NCBI GenBank assembly: GCA_041664925.1
Contig: JBAYJV010000002.1
Location: 72,302-136,301 of the forward strand
Source of the DNA: Minisyncoccota bacterium
GTDB lineage: Bacteria; Patescibacteriota; Minisyncoccia; JBAYJV01
Length of the DNA: 64,000 bases
Direction of reading: 5' to 3'
A model generated the notes under the pieces. The model did not search any database, was not told where the DNA came from, and saw only the letters and a program-made list of their open reading frames with translations. The translations under genes were made by a program, and so were the position numbers. Every line of letters begins with the position of its first letter. Position 1 is the stretch's first letter. Shown here piece by piece: positions 1 through 8,507 of this stretch.

Positions 1-351
1 TATTTCCGCATCTCGAATGCTTTGGCGAGCATCTTTGGTATCAATACTTGCTAAAGTAGCGCCCTTTTTGACTTGTTGGCCATTTTTAATTCCCAAAAAC
101 GTAATATCGCCAGAAGCTTTTGCTTTTAAATCAACCTGACTGGAAACTTCAATTTGGCCAGAGCCAGAAACGGATGAAACAATGCTGCCTTTTTCCGCAG
201 CTTCGGTAGTGTATTGAGTTGTTGCTTTAGCAGTTCCGCCTAGTCCCTTAATAAGAAAAAAAACGCCAATGAAAATAACAATTAAACTAATTGACGAAAT
301 AATTTTATGTTTTTTAAATGGCTTTGAGAATATAGAAAATATTTTTTTCAT
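1..351 (-). CDS. Efflux periplasmic adaptor / membrane fusion protein (HlyD/MacA-like), N-terminal part; runs off the window
   Basis: Manual translation from ATG at 351: MKKIFSIF...TM...VSGSGQIEVSSQVDLKAKASGDITFLGIKNGQQVKKGATLASID (lipoyl-like GxxVKKG motif). Confidence 0.8.
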   Translation of the reverse strand, partial: MKKIFSIFSKPFKKHKIISSISLIVIFIGVFFLIKGLGGTAKATTQYTTEAAEKGSIVSSVSGSGQIEVSSQVDLKAKASGDITFLGIKNGQQVKKGATLASIDTKDARQSIRDAEI

Positions 352-488
352 GTAAATGGATACGATTTAAAATAAGGAGGCCTGAATTATCCTCCATTTA
401 TATATTACAAACTTGATTGACAATTTATTTCAAAAAAACAGAAATTTTTACAATATTTCTGTTTTCCACATTTTTATGCTATTTATTT

Positions 489-1268
489 TTAAAAATCCAT
501 TGGTCTATCTTTTTGAAAAGGCATTAACTTATCTTTCTCAGGAGGGATTGGTGGAATAGGTAATCTATCACCGCCAATATCAATTCCTTTGGCAATAAAT
601 TCTTTTCCCTGCCATTGACCGATTATTCTTACTTGCTGATCTTCTGTAAAATCGGATCCAAAAGGAAAAAGAGTATCTTCACCCCACCTGACAATGATTT
701 TCTTTTCAAAAGGCGTCAATAAAGTCAATTGGCGTTCTGATACTTGAATAATTTTTCCAGCCAGCCAGTCTGGACCAACAGATTCTCTGTGATACATTTC
801 TCTCATTGGAGGAAACTTTGAAGCAGGCTCATTAAAACCGGTCTTATCAATAATAATTCCAAAAATTATAGCAAAAACAATCAAGCCAATAGCGATACCC
901 CAGAAACTTTTTTTATAAGAAATATCATATTTTCTAATAATTACTATGCCGATAACAATACTAGCAATTGCCAAAATTAACATAGGCCAAGGAAAAACGT
1001 GAAGAAAAGGAAGATAGCCAGGCCTTCCGAATCTGAGGTATTGAAAAGGAGCATGAATGCGGAGCCTAAATGATATTAAATTGACCAAAAACGAAGCTAG
1101 CGCAATACTCAAAAACAAACCAAAACTTAAAAATAATGAGCTAATAATGAAAAAGATTCTTGGTTTCATTCGTATGCTTTTTTTATCAATTTCTTTCATG
1201 ACTTTTTGAGCCATTTCTATTTTCTTACCTTCTGCGTTATTTATTTTTATTGATTTAGATTTTGGCAT
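489..1268 (-). CDS. Membrane protein (about 3 TM plus C-terminal beta domain), possible partner of the ECF sigma factor
   Basis: 259-aa ORF with hydrophobic helices, directly downstream of the ECF sigma gene. Confidence 0.65.
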   Translation of the reverse strand: MPKSKSIKINNAEGKKIEMAQKVMKEIDKKSIRMKPRIFFIISSLFLSFGLFLSIALASFLVNLISFRLRIHAPFQYLRFGRPGYLPFLHVFPWPMLILAIASIVIGIVIIRKYDISYKKSFWGIAIGLIVFAIIFGIIIDKTGFNEPASKFPPMREMYHRESVGPDWLAGKIIQVSERQLTLLTPFEKKIIVRWGEDTLFPFGSDFTEDQQVRIIGQWQGKEFIAKGIDIGGDRLPIPPIPPEKDKLMPFQKDRPMDF

Positions 1269-1287
1269 TTATTTTAAATTTAATCGC

Positions 1288-1839
1288 TTATATTTTTATA
1301 TTTTTTTGAAGCATTATTTTAGCTCGATTGATTCTTGCGCCAACACCGCCAATAGAAATTCTTAAAATATCGCTAATTTCCTTATAGGATTTTTCTTCTA
1401 AATAGAACAATGTAATCGGTTCTCGGTATTTCAAGGGCAGAAGGCTTAAATATCTCTTAATTTGCTCTTTCGTTTCTTTGTCCGATACCTGTTTGTAAAT
1501 GTGTCTATCTTCTAATAATTGATGATGATCCCAGCCATCTTTATCCAATAATATCTCTTTTCTATGTTTCTTTATGATATTGATTGCCTCGTTGTGCGCA
1601 ATGCGATAAATCCAGCTAGAAAACTTTTGTTTAGTGCTAAACCCCATAAGATTTATGAACGCTTTTATAAAAGTATTTTGAACCGCATCTTCGGCTTTTT
1701 GCCTATTTTTTATCAAATACAAAACATATCGGAGCAATCGATCCTGATATCGTTTAACAATTTCTGCGTAAAGTTCTTGATCTTTTGTTCGCACCAACTC
1801 TACGAGTTTTTCATCACTCAATTTTTCTATATTTTCCAT
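1288..1839 (-). CDS. ECF RNA polymerase sigma-70 factor (SigW/SigE-like)
   Basis: Region 2 AEDAVQNTFIKAF...FSSWIYRIAHN; region 4 SYKEISDILRISIGGVGARINRAK. Confidence 0.92.
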   Translation of the reverse strand: MENIEKLSDEKLVELVRTKDQELYAEIVKRYQDRLLRYVLYLIKNRQKAEDAVQNTFIKAFINLMGFSTKQKFSSWIYRIAHNEAINIIKKHRKEILLDKDGWDHHQLLEDRHIYKQVSDKETKEQIKRYLSLLPLKYREPITLFYLEEKSYKEISDILRISIGGVGARINRAKIMLQKNIKI

Positions 1840-1938
1840 ATTATATCCACAATCATACTACATCTTCATTATTCAATTTCTTTCACAAATATGCAAGACT
1901 TAAAACAAAAACCCCATATTCTCTATGGGGTTTTCCTA

Positions 1939-2571
1939 TTATGCTCCTAGAATAGCCATAATGTCTTGGAAGACTTTTTCGATCGGCTGTTCTCCATTAA
2001 CTCTCGAGATCAAACCGATGCCCTGATAACAATCTATCATTGGAACTGTAGACAGGACATAGGTGTCAAAGCGACCCTCTACGACTTTTCTATCTAATTC
2101 ATCATCTCTTTGAAATAATCGTCCACCGCACAAAGGACAGGTTTTTGCATCTTGACCAAGAATTAGTTTACTATGAATGGCGCCACATTTTTCACAATTT
2201 AGACGATTCAGTAGTCGCCTGACCGATTCTTTTCTGGAAATATCAATCACGATCACTCTATTTAATGAAGTAATTCGAGCTAACATTTCTATTTGTGACA
2301 CGGTGCGCGGAATTCCGTCAAGAACAAATCCGCCATTTTTAGCCGACTCTATTCTCTTGCGCATCATGGCAAAAATCAATTTATCGGAAACATATTTACC
2401 GGCGTCAATCTTGATTCCAATCTCTTTTCCTAAATCTGATCCTGATTTTCTTTCGTCACGCAGAGCATCTCCGCTGGACAAATGAACAAGCGTTGTACTT
2501 TTGGCGATTTTCTTCGCTTGCGTTCCTTTTCCAGCACCTGGCGCTCCAAGGAACAATATGCGAGATAACAT
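1939..2571 (-). CDS. adk: Adenylate kinase family nucleoside monophosphate kinase
   Basis: GAPGAGKGTQA P-loop, GFVLDGIPRT, CxxC-CxxC LID; start moved to ATG 2571 behind AAAGGAGG. Confidence 0.85.
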   Translation of the reverse strand: MLSRILFLGAPGAGKGTQAKKIAKSTTLVHLSSGDALRDERKSGSDLGKEIGIKIDAGKYVSDKLIFAMMRKRIESAKNGGFVLDGIPRTVSQIEMLARITSLNRVIVIDISRKESVRRLLNRLNCEKCGAIHSKLILGQDAKTCPLCGGRLFQRDDELDRKVVEGRFDTYVLSTVPMIDCYQGIGLISRVNGEQPIEKVFQDIMAILGA

Positions 2572-2589
2572 TCTATTCCTCCTTTGTTT

Positions 2590-2618
2590 AAAAATCCCAC
2601 ATGCTTTCATGTGGGATT
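2590..2618 (-). terminator. Intrinsic terminator after the tRNA-like gene
   Basis: 11-bp hairpin AATCCCACATG/CATGTGGGATT followed by a T run on -. Confidence 0.7.
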
Positions 2619-2620
2619 AC

Positions 2621-2696
2621 TGGGCATTGATACAGGATTTGAACCCGTGTCTCCGAGCGGAAAACTCGGTATCCTCGACCGCTAGACGAACCAACG
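2621..2696 (-). tRNA. tRNA-Glu(TTC)-like, non-canonical
   Basis: Cloverleaf CGTTGGT/ATCAATG; D-arm GTCTAGCGGTCGAGGAT; anticodon arm CCGAG-TTTTCCG-CTCGG; T-arm ACGGG-TTCAAAT-CCTGT; C73 plus encoded CCA. Confidence 0.75.
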
Positions 2697-2704
2697 CTAA
2701 GAAT

Positions 2705-2733
2705 ATCTTAATCTATAACTGTTTTCTTGTCAA
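2705..2733 (-). promoter_or_regulatory. sigma70 promoter of the tRNA-like gene
   Basis: TTGACA-17-TAAGAT. Confidence 0.75.
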
Positions 2734-2927
2734 GAACTAGAACTTGCCTCTATTTCTTCATAGCGCCTCATTGGCCATCCAATCATGCTAATAGTCATGC
2801 TTGTTCCCAGAAATTGACTAGGGCTGAAGATGCCGACAATAACGAGAGTTGAACCTGCAGTATAAAGAGCAATGAGAATGACCGCCATACCTCTTAACGA
2901 CCAAAAGAAAAATCTTTTGACGACCAT
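2730..2927 (-). CDS. Small membrane ORFan (65 aa)
   Basis: GGGGAGG SD before ATG 2927, TTGACT upstream, hydrophobic sequence. Confidence 0.55.
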   Translation of the reverse strand: MVVKRFFFWSLRGMAVILIALYTAGSTLVIVGIFSPSQFLGTSMTISMIGWPMRRYEEIEASSSS

Positions 2928-3046
2928 AGAACACCTCCCCTTCATTCATAATTTAATAGATATAGCTCAGGAAGTCAAGGAAACCTCTTTTCGTTGCATT
3001 TTTTTATGTTTTTTGTATAATAATGACATAGTTGTAAATTAACTAT

Positions 3047-3301
3047 ATGGCCGAAAAATTAGTCGGCAAAATTACTCACTACTTTGGAAACATTGGAGTG
3101 GGGATTGTAAAATTGGAAAAAGGGGAAATAAAAATAGGAAGCAAGATAAAAATAAAAACTCACGAAGGCGAGTTTGAGCAGGAAGTAGTGTCAATGCAAG
3201 CTGACCACAAGGACATTACATCTGCCAAAGGCGGCGAAGAATTTGGTACGAAACTAGAACAAAAAGCCCACGAAGGCAACGAAGTCTTTCTAATGGAATA
3301 A
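3047..3301 (+). CDS. Small beta-barrel protein (translation-factor-like / U32 peptidase C-terminal-like)
   Basis: VGKITHYFGNIGVGIVKL...FEQEVVSMQ...GEEFG pattern. Confidence 0.75.
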   Translation: MAEKLVGKITHYFGNIGVGIVKLEKGEIKIGSKIKIKTHEGEFEQEVVSMQADHKDITSAKGGEEFGTKLEQKAHEGNEVFLME

Positions 3302-3362
3302 CAAAAATCCTTGTTTCTGGTTTTAACCCTGTTTTTTTGTTGTAGTATGATGTTTTGTTTCC

Positions 3363-3402
3363 AAAATTTTTCACTTTTCACTTTAAATTTTAAACTTTCT
3401 AT
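3363..3402 (+). repeat. 7-nt-periodic pyrimidine tract before tRNA-His
   Basis: ttttcac ttttcac tttaaat tttaaac tttctat. Confidence 0.7.
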
Positions 3403-3481
3403 GGTGGCTGTAGCTCAATTTGGTTAGAGCACTGGGTTGTGGTCCCAGCGGTTGCGCGTTCAAGTCGCGTCAGCCACCCCA
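3403..3481 (+). tRNA. tRNA-His(GTG)
   Basis: G-1, acceptor GTGGCTG/CAGCCAC, anticodon loop TTGTGGT, TTCAAGT T-loop, C73, CCA. Confidence 0.95.
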
Positions 3482-3561
3482 TGAACCGCGTTGGGTTCAT
3501 GGTTGTGTACCCTACGCGGTACATAACTCAGCGATACCCGACGGACTGATTTTGAAAACTT

Positions 3562-3822
3562 ATGTGTTACTATGTATATGTTTTGCGCAGCCTAAAAGAC
3601 GGCTGTTTTTATATTGGTTTTACCAATAATCTAAAAAGAAGATTTTCTCAACACAATTCTGGTCAAGTTAAGAGTACAAAAAGCAGGAGACCATTTAAGA
3701 TAATGTATTACGAGGCTCATACTTCAAAAAAAGATGCGAAAAGAAGGGAGCAATATTTCAAATCTACTAAAGGGAAAAGTACCTTAAGGCAAATGCTCAG
3801 AAATGCACTAGATCAAAAGTAA
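3562..3822 (+). CDS. Stand-alone GIY-YIG nuclease family protein
   Basis: YYVYVLRS...FYIGFTNNLKRRFSQHN...AKRREQYFKS. Confidence 0.9.
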   Translation: MCYYVYVLRSLKDGCFYIGFTNNLKRRFSQHNSGQVKSTKSRRPFKIMYYEAHTSKKDAKRREQYFKSTKGKSTLRQMLRNALDQK

Positions 3823-3962
3823 GGCGCGTTTTAGAATATATTGATCCTGAGGAGCGCAAGCGACGAATGGACAACAATAACTTAAAGTCACGCCTGGCGT
3901 GGCTTTTTGTTGTACATGGTATCATATATTTTTAGTTTGTTGCGTATAAATTTGTAGGGGTA

Positions 3963-3990
3963 TTGACAAGGTTTATAATTTTGATAGTAT
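3963..3990 (+). promoter_or_regulatory. sigma70 promoter of ncRNA
   Basis: TTGACA-16-TAGTAT with TGn extension. Confidence 0.65.
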
Positions 3991-3997
3991 GGTGATA

Positions 3998-4205
3998 CGG
4001 TTTCGCTAGGGACCCTAGGGAGGTAAGGGGACATTAACTGGAGACAGCAGGTGCTGCTGGTAGATCGAAGGAGGAGGTCCCGGGCAGGGACCGAACGCCC
4101 ACGATCCCTTCGTGAGCATACAGGCCAGATACTCTATTGCCTTAGGGGAATGAGCTGTCATCAGGCGAGTTAACTAACCAAACCTGGCAACTCTAGCGAA
4201 CACCA
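3998..4205 (+). ncRNA. Structured ncRNA, about 205 nt, possibly raiA-motif-like
   Basis: GC-rich island with no ORF between a promoter and a terminator; closing stem TTCGCTAGGG(4002-4011)/CTCTAGCGAA(4191-4200); internal hairpin GGTCCC/GGGACC with GGGC:GCCC pseudoknot. Confidence 0.7.
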
Positions 4206-4237
4206 ATGACCGAGGAAAGACTCCTCGGTCATTTTTT
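4205..4237 (+). terminator. Intrinsic terminator
   Basis: AATGACCGAGGA/TCCTCGGTCATT followed by a T run. Confidence 0.85.
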
Positions 4238-4320
4238 ATATAATAAGTTCCAACTAAATCGCATAGCCATCCCATACAAAAAAAGCAAGGAGATTAATCC
4301 TTGCTTTTTATTTTTTAATT

Positions 4321-4659
4321 TTATTTTTCCTCAATTATATTTCTCATTCTTTCTTTAAACGCCCTTATTTGTGTTGCGTATTCTCCTACTTGATTTCTTT
4401 CTCTTTCAGCAGTAGCAGTAGCAGCAATTCTTTCTTTTTTTTTCAGAACATCTGCATAAACTTCATCAAGCCAATCGAGGTAATATTCTCTCTGATTGAC
4501 TTCGTCGTCTGAGTCCATAAATTCTCCCATTTTTTCTATTTCAGTTTCAAGTCTTTTTCTTTTACTTTCGTACTCTTTAATTCTTCTCTCGTCCTCTGGT
4601 GTCCACGTTTCTTCTGCATGTCCTTCTGTTTTATCTTGTTCAATATTTTCTCCAGGCAT
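4321..4659 (-). CDS. Hypothetical charged coiled-coil protein
   Basis: ORF rich in E/K/R; terminator hairpin at 4278-4309. Confidence 0.6.
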   Translation of the reverse strand: MPGENIEQDKTEGHAEETWTPEDERRIKEYESKRKRLETEIEKMGEFMDSDDEVNQREYYLDWLDEVYADVLKKKERIAATATAERERNQVGEYATQIRAFKERMRNIIEEK

Positions 4660-4836
4660 AAATTTAAAATAAATCACATTTAAAAAATCTATTTAATTAT
4701 ATAGTAACAAATTCAACTTCATTAAACAAGAGATATAATCTCTTAAAAGTTCAATAATCATTTAATCAGAAAAGATATAATCCGTAATAAAATAAGTTCT
4801 TATTGACGGGACTTTTTTGCTGTGCCCGTCCGAAGT

Positions 4837-4875
4837 CCTGCCTGACGCCTGCCTGATGGAGTCAGGGTAGGCAGG
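4837..4875. repeat. Nested CCTGCC...GGCAGG REP-like palindrome
   Basis: cctgcctgac-gcctgcctgatggagtcaggg-taggcagg; relatives at 17907, 24101, 48793, 50201. Confidence 0.7.
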
Positions 4876-4900
4876 TTTAAACGAAGAAGGGGTTCCAGTC

Positions 4901-4951
4901 TTGACTTTGAATATTCTTTGTGATAGAATGCATATAGAAATCAAAAGGAGG
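4901..4951 (+). promoter_or_regulatory. Cassette promoter plus SD
   Basis: TTGACT-17-TAGAAT ... AAAAGGAGG. Confidence 0.75.
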
Positions 4952-4955
4952 AACC

Positions 4956-5246
4956 ATGTCAGATCTGCAACTAGCGATGATGGAGGAAAATCGTCGTAAT
5001 TTGAAAGTGACTGTCCTACATCGACCTGGCGGGAAATGGACCAATATTGAGGTTGGTAGGCTGATTAACGGTCTTATGACTGAAGCAGTTCAGTGTCGTG
5101 ACCATCCTGAGTACGTTGTGCTTTATGGTCATTACACCAAAGAACAAACACTAGAGGCTCTCGGCGGTGTAATGGCTTATACAGCTATTCAGGTTACGGG
5201 AGCGGATGATCCGAGAATTCCATTTCCGACTGGTTTTTGCTTGTAG
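4956..5246 (+). CDS. ORFan (cassette gene)
   Basis: 96-aa ORF with strong SD. Confidence 0.65.
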   Translation: MSDLQLAMMEENRRNLKVTVLHRPGGKWTNIEVGRLINGLMTEAVQCRDHPEYVVLYGHYTKEQTLEALGGVMAYTAIQVTGADDPRIPFPTGFCL

Positions 5247-5270
5247 AAAAAACGAACAAGGAGGCAAAAG

Positions 5271-5459
5271 GTGGGCAAGGAGCTTACGCAACTCATCGGA
5301 CAAATCGTGGATATCGTCATGTCTGATGGCGCAACAACGAGACTTGGAAGAAAACTTGAAAAGATTGATGGGAATAGGATTTACTTCTCTTTTAAAGGAC
5401 AAGAGGAGGTTCTTACGCTTGAAGAAATAGATGGAATTTATCCATCAGACGATGATTAA
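5271..5459 (+). CDS. Small ORFan (cassette gene, GTG start), possible small beta-barrel
   Basis: AAGGAGG SD; terminator GGGACTGG/CCAGTCCC near 5474-5501. Confidence 0.65.
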   Translation: MGKELTQLIGQIVDIVMSDGATTRLGRKLEKIDGNRIYFSFKGQEEVLTLEEIDGIYPSDDD

Positions 5460-5555
5460 GCAACAGAAGTCATGGGACTGGAAAGCCAGTCCCTCTTTTT
5501 TATACATTTTTATTATGATTGATTTTTTGTTTAACTTGTTATATAATTGTTAGCA

Positions 5556-5786
5556 ATGAAAAAAATAGACGAGGCATATGAATTTAGTAAAACCCAGACT
5601 ACTGTTTCTGTATTTTTGGAAACTTATAATCAAAGCATTCCTGATGTTTTCCCGCATGCCTCCATTGAAAATTTAGGAGAATTTCAGAATTTCCATCCAG
5701 CATTATTCAAAGATAGAAATTTATGGTCTATTGCTCAGCACCGAAAAAAACTTATTGATTGGCTTTTCGAAAATAGTTTTGTTTAA
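5556..5786 (+). CDS. Hypothetical protein
   Basis: ORF just after TATAAT; followed by a hairpin at about 5812-5838. Confidence 0.55.
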   Translation: MKKIDEAYEFSKTQTTVSVFLETYNQSIPDVFPHASIENLGEFQNFHPALFKDRNLWSIAQHRKKLIDWLFENSFV

Positions 5787-5903
5787 TAATCGGTTTATTA
5801 TAATCACATAAAAAAAGTCCCTATTAATGGGGCTTTTTACTTTGCCCTTCTGTAACCCTGAGCTTGCTGAAGACCAAAGGAGAGTGTTACCATAATCCTA
5901 CTG

Positions 5904-5961
5904 TTGACATTAAAATATTTAAGTGATAGGATGTGGTCAGTTCTCAAAAGCCAAGAGGAGG
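5904..5961 (+). promoter_or_regulatory. Cassette promoter, boxA-like element and SD
   Basis: TTGACA-17-TAGGAT-6-AGTTCTC ... GAGGAGG. Confidence 0.75.
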
Positions 5962-5968
5962 AAACAAA

Positions 5969-6415
5969 ATGGCAAAGAGTTTGCAGGAAATTGCAGATGA
6001 ATTTGGTTATAGTGTGGTTCATGATTTTCACGAGGGCTTAGCCTGTGCAAAAAAGGACGGAAAGTGGTTCCATATCCGTCCCGACGGTACTCCTGCTTAC
6101 GACTATAGATATGACGAAATTGAAGATTTTCACGAGGGCTTAGCCTGCGCAAGAAAAGGCAATGAGTGGTTCCATATTCGTCACGATGGCGTTCCTGCCT
6201 ATGAACAGAGATATGAAGAGACTGGACTTTTTTCTGAAGGCTTAGCCTATGCAATGAAAAATGGTAAAAAGTTCCATATTTGTCATGACGGTACTCCAGC
6301 CTATCAAAGAAGATTTACCAGTCTTGGGGATTTTTCAAATGGTTCAGCATATGCTGCATCAGATGAAGAACCGAGATCATTCCGCATTAATCATGCTGGT
6401 GAAAAAGTAAGCTAG
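5969..6415 (+). CDS. WG-repeat (KWG-type) protein
   Basis: Four 34-aa repeats (DFHEGLACAKKDGKWFHIRPDGTPAY); identical 23-bp DNA at 6023 and 6125. Confidence 0.85.
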   Translation: MAKSLQEIADEFGYSVVHDFHEGLACAKKDGKWFHIRPDGTPAYDYRYDEIEDFHEGLACARKGNEWFHIRHDGVPAYEQRYEETGLFSEGLAYAMKNGKKFHICHDGTPAYQRRFTSLGDFSNGSAYAASDEEPRSFRINHAGEKVS

Positions 6416-6421
6416 CATACA

Positions 6422-6458
6422 GCCCATAGATAAATTATTGTCTATGGGTATTTTTTTA
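6422..6458 (+). terminator. Intrinsic terminator
   Basis: CCCATAGATA/TGTCTATGGG followed by a T run. Confidence 0.8.
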
Positions 6459-6496
6459 TGCTTTCATAGAACTTTTATAGTATAATAATTACTAAC

Positions 6497-6865
6497 ATGA
6501 AAAAAGAATTAATAGCGCCATGTGGAATGAATTGCGGTGTTTGTCTTCATTATCTGCGGGAACATAATAAGTGTCCCGGTTGTTTTACTGGCAGAAAAGT
6601 CAATCAAGCGTGCATAAAATGTGGCATTAAACTTTGCAAAGACAGGCGAGGAGAGTATTGTTTTGATTGTGATAAATTTCCTTGCGAACGGCTTAAGCGC
6701 TTGGATAAAAGATATTGCAATAGACATGGAATGAGCGAAATAGAAAATCTAAAAACCATCAAAACAAAAGGAATAAAATACTTTTTAACTCAGGAAGAAA
6801 AGAGATGGGTAAATCCAGATGGCACATATTGTGTTCATGATAAAAAACGATATTTAATTAAATGA
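6497..6865 (+). CDS. Cys-rich DUF3795-like protein
   Basis: IAPCGMNCGVC...CPGC...CGIKLC...YCFDCDKFPC. Confidence 0.8.
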   Translation: MKKELIAPCGMNCGVCLHYLREHNKCPGCFTGRKVNQACIKCGIKLCKDRRGEYCFDCDKFPCERLKRLDKRYCNRHGMSEIENLKTIKTKGIKYFLTQEEKRWVNPDGTYCVHDKKRYLIK

Positions 6866-6888
6866 TTTTTTTGGTATAATTAAAAAAC

Positions 6889-7404
6889 ATGGAACAACAA
6901 AAATGTTACGAAAACTATCCTTTTTGGATGGTAATAGTTTCAAACATCATTTCATTTGCCATTTATATTATAGGAGGATTTCTTGTTTATCAGGTTGGCT
7001 TATTGTGGTTATTGCTTTATATCTGCTATATCTTGATTTTGGAAATAAAGTTGTTAAAAGGACATTGTGTGAATTGTTATTATTTTGGAAAAACCTGTTT
7101 TTCTGGGAAAGGAAGGCTGAGCAGTCTATTTTTCAAAAGAGGTAAGCCAACAAAATTCATTGATATAAAAATAACTTGGAAAGATATTGTTCCAGACTTT
7201 TTGATTTCAGTCATTCCTATTCTTGTCGGAATTGTTGTCCTTGTGAGAAATTTTAATTGGATAATTCTTTTATTCACAGTAGCGCTCTTTTTCCTAGGAT
7301 TTTTAGGAAATGCATTAGTAAGAGGTCATTTGGCCTGTAAATACTGCAAACAGCGAGAGCTTGGATGTCCGGCTCAAAAATTATTTAATAAAACTAAGCA
7401 ATAA
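6889..7404 (+). CDS. 4-TM membrane protein with two CxxC motifs
   Basis: HCVNCYYFGKTC and ACKYCKQRELGCP. Confidence 0.7.
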   Translation: MEQQKCYENYPFWMVIVSNIISFAIYIIGGFLVYQVGLLWLLLYICYILILEIKLLKGHCVNCYYFGKTCFSGKGRLSSLFFKRGKPTKFIDIKITWKDIVPDFLISVIPILVGIVVLVRNFNWIILLFTVALFFLGFLGNALVRGHLACKYCKQRELGCPAQKLFNKTKQ

Positions 7405-7407
7405 AAT

Positions 7408-8121
7408 ATGAAAAAAAATATCATTCCCATCATCTTGATCGTAGTTATCATAATTGCAGGTTTATTTATATGGTATGCCAATACTAAATCAAGCAAAAAA
7501 CTATCCCTGATAACTCAAGTTACTTACACTTGCAACGGCGACAAAACCATAAACGCTACTTTCTATAAAGGAGAATCAAAGCAAGTTGAGCCTGGACAGC
7601 CGCCGATTCCTTCGGGAAGCGTGAAAATTATCTTAAGCGATGGACGAAGTCTTGACCTACTCCAAACAATTTCTGCAGACGGAGCGCGTTATGCCGATAG
7701 TGACGAATCTTTTATCTTTTGGAGCAAGGGAGATAGTGCGCTTGTATTGGAAAACAATGTCGAAAAAGATTATGTAGGATGTATTTTGCCCATAGAAGGA
7801 ATAAAAGTTCTTTCACCGAACGGCGGAGAGACTTGGTCAAAAGGGGAAAAGGTTGAAATATTGTGGAGTACAGCGAAAGAAATAAAATCTGTAAATATAA
7901 GATTGGCAATTTCCGGAAATGAAGATAGTCAAAGTTTTAATGCCGCTATTGTTTCTAATATTCCGAACTCCGGTAGCTACGAGTGGATTGTTCAGGATTT
8001 ATACGCAGAGGTATTGGGTATCAAAGATTTACCTGTATCAGATAAATATCTTATTACAATAGAGGATAGCGAACATAACAATGTGTACGATACGAGCGAT
8101 GCAATATTCAGCATCAAATGA
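7408..8121 (+). CDS. Membrane-anchored protein with MliC-like domain and Ig-like C-terminal domain
   Basis: YTCNGDK...LLQTISADGARYAD...FWSKG; IKVLSPNGGETW...GSYEW. Confidence 0.75.
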   Translation: MKKNIIPIILIVVIIIAGLFIWYANTKSSKKLSLITQVTYTCNGDKTINATFYKGESKQVEPGQPPIPSGSVKIILSDGRSLDLLQTISADGARYADSDESFIFWSKGDSALVLENNVEKDYVGCILPIEGIKVLSPNGGETWSKGEKVEILWSTAKEIKSVNIRLAISGNEDSQSFNAAIVSNIPNSGSYEWIVQDLYAEVLGIKDLPVSDKYLITIEDSEHNNVYDTSDAIFSIK

Positions 8122-8137
8122 ACTGCTTCTCGTTATA

Positions 8138-8198
8138 TTGACATTAAGATACAAGAGTGATAAGATGTAGGAAGTTCTCGGGGGAAATAAAAGGAGGG
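8138..8198 (+). promoter_or_regulatory. Cassette promoter, boxA-like element and SD
   Basis: TTGACA-17-TAAGAT-6-AGTTCTC ... AAAAGGAGG. Confidence 0.75.
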
Positions 8199-8206
8199 CG
8201 AGTAAA

Positions 8207-8446
8207 ATGCCAATGAGTACCCAGGAAGCTAGAAGAAAGTTTAGGTATGATTTTATCGGGCCGTTTGTCGAAGGATTAGCTTGTGTAAAGAAAGGAAATG
8301 AATGGTTCCATGTCCGTCTCGATGATCATATGCCTGCCTATGACCAGCGGTTTGATGATGTTGGGAACTTCCACAATGGAATTGCAACAGTAAAGAAAGA
8401 TGGCAGAGAATTCCAGATTCGTCCGGATGGCACAAGAGTAGGCTAG
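8207..8446 (+). CDS. Short WG-repeat protein, paralog of 5969..6415
   Basis: FVEGLACVKKGNEWFHVR...FHNGIATVKKDG. Confidence 0.8.
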   Translation: MPMSTQEARRKFRYDFIGPFVEGLACVKKGNEWFHVRLDDHMPAYDQRFDDVGNFHNGIATVKKDGREFQIRPDGTRVG

Positions 8447-8454
8447 TGCGAGTA

Positions 8455-8487
8455 GCCCATAGATAGGTTATCTATGGGTCTTTTTTT
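8455..8487 (+). terminator. Intrinsic terminator with the same stem as 6422
   Basis: CCCATAGATA/TATCTATGGG followed by a T run. Confidence 0.8.
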
Positions 8488-8507
8488 ATGGTAAAATATA
8501 AATCAAT

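Noticed and set aside
3420-3629. ORF-track ORFs overlapping tRNAs (3420..3629, 2501..2740, 22500..22682, 5' part of 22542..23195)
   Set aside because: They are translations of tRNA or repeat sequence
6023-6330. CRISPR-like direct repeats
   Set aside because: The 102-bp period is in frame and encodes WG protein repeats; no unique spacers and no cas genes
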